A stretch of DNA of 64,000 bases from the IMG/VR virus record IMGVR_UViG_3300014059_000006, positions 43,909-107,908 of that record; one strand, written 5' to 3'. The DNA is from a virus (Duplodnaviria > Caudoviricetes). Shown in pieces: positions 58,888 through 64,000 of the stretch (position 1 is its first letter; every line of letters starts with the position of its first letter). Position numbers and translations under genes: made by a program. The notes beneath the pieces were generated by a model, which searched no databases, was not told the DNA's origin, and saw only the letters and a list, made by a program, of their open reading frames with translations.

Positions 58888-59316
58888 ATGCCAGAATCAC
58901 GTAAAAACCCAGACAGAAAAGGAAAATCTATTCCTATGAACAACACAAATTCTTTTGACAAACCAATCGTTCGCCAACCAATGTGGAGTGAAGATGAAAC
59001 CTTCCCTCTCACCGGTGGAGCTCTAGCTGCTCTAGTTAATTTTTTAGAACCTTATCGCCAATTAATTCAAACCGTAGATGCCATTATGGTGACAGGTGAA
59101 TTAGAAGGAAAAATTAAAACTGAATTCTTTTACAATGACCGAACCGATGTAAATCCTAATGACCCACGTCTTGCTAATCTACAAAAACAAGAAGAAGCTC
59201 GTATGAATCATTGGAGAGAATTAGTGACAAGAAAACAGAACGAACTAAACGACCTTTTAGGTAAAATTCCTGCTGAACAAGAATCAGATACAATTCCCGT
59301 AGAAGAACTGGTATAA
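58888..59316 (+). CDS. Hypothetical protein
   Basis: Likely start at ATG 58888, downstream of the promoter; ends before the terminator. Confidence 0.6.
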   Translation: MPESRKNPDRKGKSIPMNNTNSFDKPIVRQPMWSEDETFPLTGGALAALVNFLEPYRQLIQTVDAIMVTGELEGKIKTEFFYNDRTDVNPNDPRLANLQKQEEARMNHWRELVTRKQNELNDLLGKIPAEQESDTIPVEELV

Positions 59317-59331
59317 AGCATAAGAAACAAT

Positions 59332-59375
59332 AAAAGAAAAAGCCCCTTAACATTTCTGCTAAGGGGCTTTTCGTT
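59332..59375. terminator. Bidirectional terminator between convergent genome arms
   Basis: AAAAGCCCCTTA...TAAGGGGCTTTT with A/T tails on both sides, at the strand switch. Confidence 0.9.
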
Positions 59376-59387
59376 GTAAATTAATAT

Positions 59388-60104
59388 TTACATATTAACT
59401 TTAGTAATTTTTTTATCTTCAGATTCAAAGAGAATTCCGTTATGAATTAATCCTTTGGTGAAATGTCCATCTAATACAGAAGATACATTTGCTAAAACTG
59501 TTTCATTAAATGAACGAATTCCAAAATTAACAATTCCTTTACAATCATGTATGTGACTATGAACCATTAATGAAGGTGATAATTGTTTATTGATGAGTTT
59601 TTTGGCTAAATTTGCACATCCACAAAATTCCATAGACCCGTCCCTATTACGCGAAGTATCTAAAAATCCTTTTGCAGGTCCGTGAGTAACTAAAATATCA
59701 GTGTCAATTGGTACAGCGTCCCACACTCTTTCCATTTTACTTCTATCTTTCATAAAAGCCCAATCAGAAAATCTAGGTGTCCAAGGTGTACCATAAATAT
59801 TCAATCCTTCTATATTAACAGAAGTATCTTGTAAATAAATTATACCAAAACTTTCGATATAATTTTTTTTTATAAGACCTGCTTCAATACTAGTGTCATG
59901 GTTTCCTGCAACAAAAACCTTATATTTAATATCCAATGAAGAATACCATTCTAAGAAATTTTTCATTTCTTCCACATTCATTATAGGACTTTTTACATTT
60001 GTGGCATCACCTGTATGTAACATAATATCCACATTTTCTGGAATTATTAAATTATCATGGAATTGGTGAGTACACCCCACCGCATAAATTCTTAATTTTT
60101 TCAT
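59388..60104 (-). CDS. Metallophosphoesterase (MPPED/239-like)
   Basis: G.TH, HTGD, AGNHD, LVTHGP and HSHIH. The first metal-ligand Asp is replaced by Cys (GCTH). Confidence 0.85.
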   Translation of the reverse strand: MKKLRIYAVGCTHQFHDNLIIPENVDIMLHTGDATNVKSPIMNVEEMKNFLEWYSSLDIKYKVFVAGNHDTSIEAGLIKKNYIESFGIIYLQDTSVNIEGLNIYGTPWTPRFSDWAFMKDRSKMERVWDAVPIDTDILVTHGPAKGFLDTSRNRDGSMEFCGCANLAKKLINKQLSPSLMVHSHIHDCKGIVNFGIRSFNETVLANVSSVLDGHFTKGLIHNGILFESEDKKITKVNM

Positions 60105-60478
60105 GTCAAAAATTGTTTTAAATCTGGTTTAAAATAATTTTTTCCTTTTAAAATTTTACCATCTTCTCTGTATAATACTTCTCCATCTTCTAATTTGGAC
60201 ATGTTACTAGCATGCACTTCGTCAAACATTTTTTCAATTACATCTTGCAATCCTAAAGAGTTTATTGTACCAAATAAAATGTATAGACAATCTACAATAC
60301 CATCGCTCACTTTCACCATATTGTTTTCTATTAATCCTTCTTCTAATTCATACACTTCTTCTATGAGAAGATTGTGTCGTAATTTACAAATTTCTTCTGT
60401 AGGAATGGTAGGGGTTTTATTGATTAATTGTCCAAATGTTTCGTGGAATTCCTCCACTTGTTTTATTTGTTTATTCAT
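60101..60478 (-). CDS. MazG-like all-alpha NTP pyrophosphohydrolase
   Basis: V.EFH..F...R..LL.EE..EL...D...D.LY...G...EVH.SNMSK...REDGKILKG. Confidence 0.85.
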   Translation of the reverse strand: MNKQIKQVEEFHETFGQLINKTPTIPTEEICKLRHNLLIEEVYELEEGLIENNMVKVSDGIVDCLYILFGTINSLGLQDVIEKMFDEVHASNMSKLEDGEVLYREDGKILKGKNYFKPDLKQFLT

Positions 60479-61166
60479 AATATGATTGATAATATTCTTT
60501 TGTTTTAATATTCATAATTGTAAGAGGATAGTTTCCTTTTCCACATCCTGTATCTACGTTCCATATATTAGCTACATGAATAGGAGTTGTTACTTCCCAA
60601 AGTACTGTGGGTGTATGACCAATAAAAATTTCTTTAGGTTTTCCATATACTTTAAAAGGATATGATTTATCTTTCATAGACTCATAAGAAGTCGCAGAAT
60701 GAAATAAATCCCTATCCCATGTAAATACAGTTTTGTCCGGTTGAAACTTTATATCATGATGACGATTAAATCCTCCATGTACAAAATAATTTTTTTCTTC
60801 GTCTATATAATAGAGAATTAAACTATTTAAAAAATCAAAATGGATTTCAGGATTAACCCCATAATCTAAATAAGACTGGTAAGTTTGTTTTGCACCTTGT
60901 CGCCACAAAAGTCCTTGTTCAGGCTCTCCTTTTTTTAAAGAGTTTAACCAGGATTCATCATGATTTCCTAATAAGAAAATACATTTATATTCTTCCTTTA
61001 AGGAAATTAAATACTCAATGAGTAAATAACTATCTGGTCCTCTATCAACATAATCACCAAGAAAAATCAAACGGTCTCCTTTTTGTAAAGGAACTTTAGA
61101 AATACAATCCTTAAGTTTTTTTAATTCGCCATGAATGTCCCCAATTACATACGTTTGTTTATACAT
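60471..61166 (-). CDS. Ser/Thr protein phosphatase-like metallophosphoesterase (NinI/PphA-like)
   Basis: GDIHG, LGDYVDRGPDS, LGNHD, FVHGG, GHTP and DTG. Confidence 0.9.
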   Translation of the reverse strand: MYKQTYVIGDIHGELKKLKDCISKVPLQKGDRLIFLGDYVDRGPDSYLLIEYLISLKEEYKCIFLLGNHDESWLNSLKKGEPEQGLLWRQGAKQTYQSYLDYGVNPEIHFDFLNSLILYYIDEEKNYFVHGGFNRHHDIKFQPDKTVFTWDRDLFHSATSYESMKDKSYPFKVYGKPKEIFIGHTPTVLWEVTTPIHVANIWNVDTGCGKGNYPLTIMNIKTKEYYQSYYE

Positions 61167-61332
61167 TACTTATTATTTTTGTTATTCGATTGTTTATGCA
61201 TTCCAAACTTACATCCATGTTATACTTTTTTTTTAACACTTCTTTTATTTTTTCTGCACTGTAGTATTCACCATTAAAAAAATATTTATTAATAGTGTCA
61301 TATACTACATCAGTTATTATTTCCTCATCCAT
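61159..61332 (-). CDS. 57-aa hypothetical protein, absent from the ORF track
   Basis: MDEEIITDVVYDTINKYFF...ITKIISNV*; its end overlaps the ATG of the phosphatase gene. Confidence 0.5.
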   Translation of the reverse strand: MDEEIITDVVYDTINKYFFNGEYYSAEKIKEVLKKKYNMDVSLECINNRITKIISNV

Positions 61333-61472
61333 TTTCTATTACGTTTAAAATTTGTTTTTTTAACTTGTTTTGACGACGTTTATTATTTTTGTGTTTATAG
61401 GGTTGAGTTTTTGGACGAGTTTTTTTAGCTCGTATTTCATCCTTTAATAACATTTCCTGTAACATGTCGAGT

Positions 61473-61829
61473 TTAAGTCGTGATGTTTCCTTCATTGTTA
61501 AAATAATTTAAAAATTTATGATATTCTTCAACATCATCTTTAAAAAGTTGATATTTTTTTACAGCTTTTTCCCAACAAACCATTTTCATGGCTTTACTAA
61601 AACTACTGTCAAATTGACCATGATGTTGTAAGCAAAGCCATAAAAAATTGTTTTCATTGTGAGCCACAGATTTAAAAATAGCTTTTGGAAGTATATGGGC
61701 CAAAGTTTCTCGTCCGGGATTAAAAATTTTTTTACCGCACTCCTCACAAATAACATATTTTTTATCTTTTAATTGAGTTTCAAAAAAATTAGTTAGTTCT
61801 TTTTTAAATTCGTCTCGTTGTTTTTTCAT
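61473..61829 (-). CDS. HNH-like / NinG-like small nuclease
   Basis: CEECG...AHILPK......A....N...LC..HH..FD. Confidence 0.7.
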   Translation of the reverse strand: MKKQRDEFKKELTNFFETQLKDKKYVICEECGKKIFNPGRETLAHILPKAIFKSVAHNENNFLWLCLQHHGQFDSSFSKAMKMVCWEKAVKKYQLFKDDVEEYHKFLNYFNNEGNITT

Positions 61830-62610
61830 TTAAAAATGTAATTTTTAATTCTAAATTTGTTATAGGATATATTTTATTTTTTTTCTCATTTCTATTTATT
61901 TTAGAACACAGTGGTTGAAAATTACTCCAATGATTTAAAGTATACAAGTCTTCTTTGGTTTTTGCAAAAGATATTGGAATTATATGGTCCAAGTCCCAAG
62001 AACAATTGTAATTTTTACAGTTTTTTATATTACCAAAATTTTTCCAATTCATCCAATATAAAAATTGTTTTTCTATATGTTTAAGAAAAAATTCCATAGA
62101 ACAATCTAGTATTTCTTCTGTTAATTTGGCTTTTTTTGAACTTCCGCCAAAAGAATTTGTAAAAGTCATTTTAATAAGACTTTTTATGTTCGTAGATAAT
62201 TTAAATAAAGGGTCTTTCAATTTTCTTTCTTTTTTGTAAATTTGATGTTTTTTATTGAGAGTTTCTTTATTTTTATGACGGTATTTTTTCATTTTTTCTG
62301 TAACTATTTCTCGATTGTCAATAATATACTGTTTATTTTGTAAATATTTACAAGATTTACAAGTATGATTATACCCTGTACTACTATTACATTTTTTATG
62401 AAAATTATCTAAACTTTTATCTATTGAACATTTGATACAAATTATACTAGTTATAAATTTTTTATCATTGTTTTTATACTTTAACAAATATTCTTTATTA
62501 CAAAATTTACAATATGTGTCGTGTCCGTCAGATTTTAATTTATTTTTTGAAAAATTATCAATTGGTAAAAGAATTTTACATTTAAAACAAATTTTATTTA
62601 GTATTTCCAT
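61804..62610 (-). mobile_element. Free-standing HNH-type homing endonuclease
   Basis: Two N-terminal CxxC...CKxC zinc repeats and WMNW.N.G...W.LDHIIPIS...LNHWSNFQPL. Confidence 0.8.
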
Positions 62611-62632
62611 ACATAAATATACAATTTATTTT

Positions 62633-62759
62633 TCAAATAAACAAGAGAATGTGAGCAACGTTCACTCTATTAGGGTTAAAAATTTTACACCCACATTCTT
62701 CACATAACACTATTTTTTTTATTCTGTAAGATTTTTTCAAAAAATTCCTTATTAGACAT
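62633..62759 (-). pseudogene. Displaced, frameshifted 5' part of the 61473-61829 gene
   Basis: MSNKEFFEKILQNKK/IVLCEECGCKIFNPNRVNVAHIL (one extra A in an A8 run) aligns with FFETQLKDKKYVICEECGKKIFNPGRETLAHIL. Confidence 0.8.
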
Positions 62760-63264
62760 ACTCTTCTATATTTTTTATAAATACATCGTGTCGAGAAGAA
62801 ATATAAGAATAATTTAAACGAAATGCTTCGTACGCTTCTAAGGAATTATAAATAGTACTTCGGTCACGACAAATAAGTTTTCCTATTTGTTTAAAATCCA
62901 AAGATGTATATTTATTCAACCAATAAACTAACGCATGTCTTACGCCCATAATATCAACTTTTCTACTATCAGAACGTATGTCTTCTATTGAAACACTGTA
63001 GATTTTACAAACAAGTTTTATTATAATTCTAACATCTTCCGCAGATTTAAAAATTCGTTTGATATTAATTCTACCGTTAACAGTCAAATGCATCGCAATT
63101 TTTTCGTGAAATTCTGTAAAACTAACTTTTTTCAGTTCTTCTCTAATCCAATTGTCTGCTTTTTGTTGTTTTACCACCCCGGCACCATGATAAGGTGTAT
63201 TTATTAAACGTATAAGAGCATCTTCTTCTCCGTTATTGAATAAATGGTATTGAGCATTTTTCAT
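62752..63264 (-). CDS. Protein with DnaA C-terminal (domain IV) HTH
   Basis: II..VC..Y.VS.EDI.S.SR...I...RH...Y.....T.L....IG....RD.STI. The start is uncertain (63264 or 63288). Confidence 0.75.
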   Translation of the reverse strand: MKNAQYHLFNNGEEDALIRLINTPYHGAGVVKQQKADNWIREELKKVSFTEFHEKIAMHLTVNGRINIKRIFKSAEDVRIIIKLVCKIYSVSIEDIRSDSRKVDIMGVRHALVYWLNKYTSLDFKQIGKLICRDRSTIYNSLEAYEAFRLNYSYISSRHDVFIKNIEEYV

Positions 63265-64000
63265 AAATATCTTTTTTAATTTCTTCACATAATTCAGGGT
63301 TGTCTTTTAACACTTGAAAAGCTTTGTCTTTACCGACATCAAGTTTTGTACCCTTATATGAATAAGTTGTTTTATCTTTTTCAATTATTTCATATTGAAG
63401 ACCTAAATCAAATATTTCAGCAACTTTATCGATACCCATTCCATAACGAATATAGAACTCAGCTAAATTAAAAGGAGGTGCCACTTTATTTTTTATAACT
63501 TTAACTTTAGTTAGGTTTGCAACCTTCACTTCGTTTTCAGTTATAGAATTAGCTTCAGTGGTACTTCGTCTTACATCTAAACGTACAGAAGCATAAAATT
63601 TTAAAGCATTTCCACCGGTTGTAACTTCAGGACTTCCAAACATAACTCCAATTTTTTCACGTAATTGATTAATAAAAATTAATAAACAATTACTTTTATT
63701 GACTTTTGTTGAAAGCATACGCATAGATTGTGACATCATACGAGCTTGAAGTCCTATTGTACTATCACCAATTTCACCTTCAATTTCTTTTTTAGGAACT
63801 AAAGCGGCAACAGAATCAATTACTATTACATCAAACATTTGTGTATCTAATAACGTCATACAATAGTTTAACGCCTCTTCTCCGCTCTCAGGTTGAAAGA
63901 ATTGTAGTTCTTCTATGTTAATCCCTGTCTGAGCAGCATAAACCTTGTCAAACGCGTGTTCTGCGTCAATAAATGCAGCAAGTCCTCCATTGCGTTGAGT
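63233..64000 (-). CDS. recA: RecA recombinase (5' end outside the window)
   Basis: Open to the window end: AFIDAEHA.D, VIDSVAALVP..EIEG, GLQARMMSQ, FINQLREKIGVMFGSPE.TTGGNALKFYASVRLD and KNKVAPPF. Confidence 0.97.
   Translation of the reverse strand, partial: TQRNGGLAAFIDAEHAFDKVYAAQTGINIEELQFFQPESGEEALNYCMTLLDTQMFDVIVIDSVAALVPKKEIEGEIGDSTIGLQARMMSQSMRMLSTKVNKSNCLLIFINQLREKIGVMFGSPEVTTGGNALKFYASVRLDVRRSTTEANSITENEVKVANLTKVKVIKNKVAPPFNLAEFYIRYGMGIDKVAEIFDLGLQYEIIEKDKTTYSYKGTKLDVGKDKAFQVLKDNPELCEEIKKDIYEKCSIPFIQ

Noticed and set aside
61382-61495. Possible 37-aa minus-strand ORF (MKETSRLKLDML...)
   Set aside because: It is too short and has no recognisable motif, so it cannot be supported, though it may be real.
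1-64000. Stop-codon reassignment as in some crAss-like phages
   Set aside because: The giant ORFs are intact in the standard code and tightly coupled. The TAG stop at 13485-13487 is followed by further stops, and no suppressor tRNA was seen.
1-64000. tRNA, rRNA, integrase, terminase, portal and major capsid genes
   Set aside because: None were recognised in the window. The head genes probably lie upstream of position 1.

Overview
This AT-rich 64 kb window is most of the virion/late region of a crAss-like phage (Crassvirales-type, resembling Cellulophaga phage phi14:2), probably infecting Bacteroidota. The main evidence is a 2792-aa virion RNA polymerase with the GSDFDIDK motif and an N-terminal zincin HExxH, the gene order IHF-like / tail ring / tail stabilisation / giant cargo proteins, and Bacteroidota -33/-7 promoters. 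The + strand (1-59316) carries Cys-rich structural proteins, tail proteins, giant ejected proteins, a ferritin, a 1775-aa (Gly-X-Ser)n collagen-like fibre next to a methyltransferase/glycosyltransferase cluster, a second fibre module, an M15 endolysin and holin candidates. A bidirectional terminator separates this from a - strand block with two phosphoesterases, a MazG-like protein, HNH genes, a DnaA-C HTH protein and recA. Four observations stand out. (1) Five unrelated domains, one ART-like, sit in frame between conserved repeats inside the 2921-aa cargo protein. (2) Four otherwise Cys-free cargo proteins carry Cys only at their termini, in a head-to-tail pattern. (3) Two free-standing homing endonucleases appear to have replaced a terminus of their target gene, with the displaced original still visible. 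(4) There is a putative phage-encoded fibre glycosylation system with a split GT9 enzyme. All family calls come from motif recognition by eye; no searches were run.
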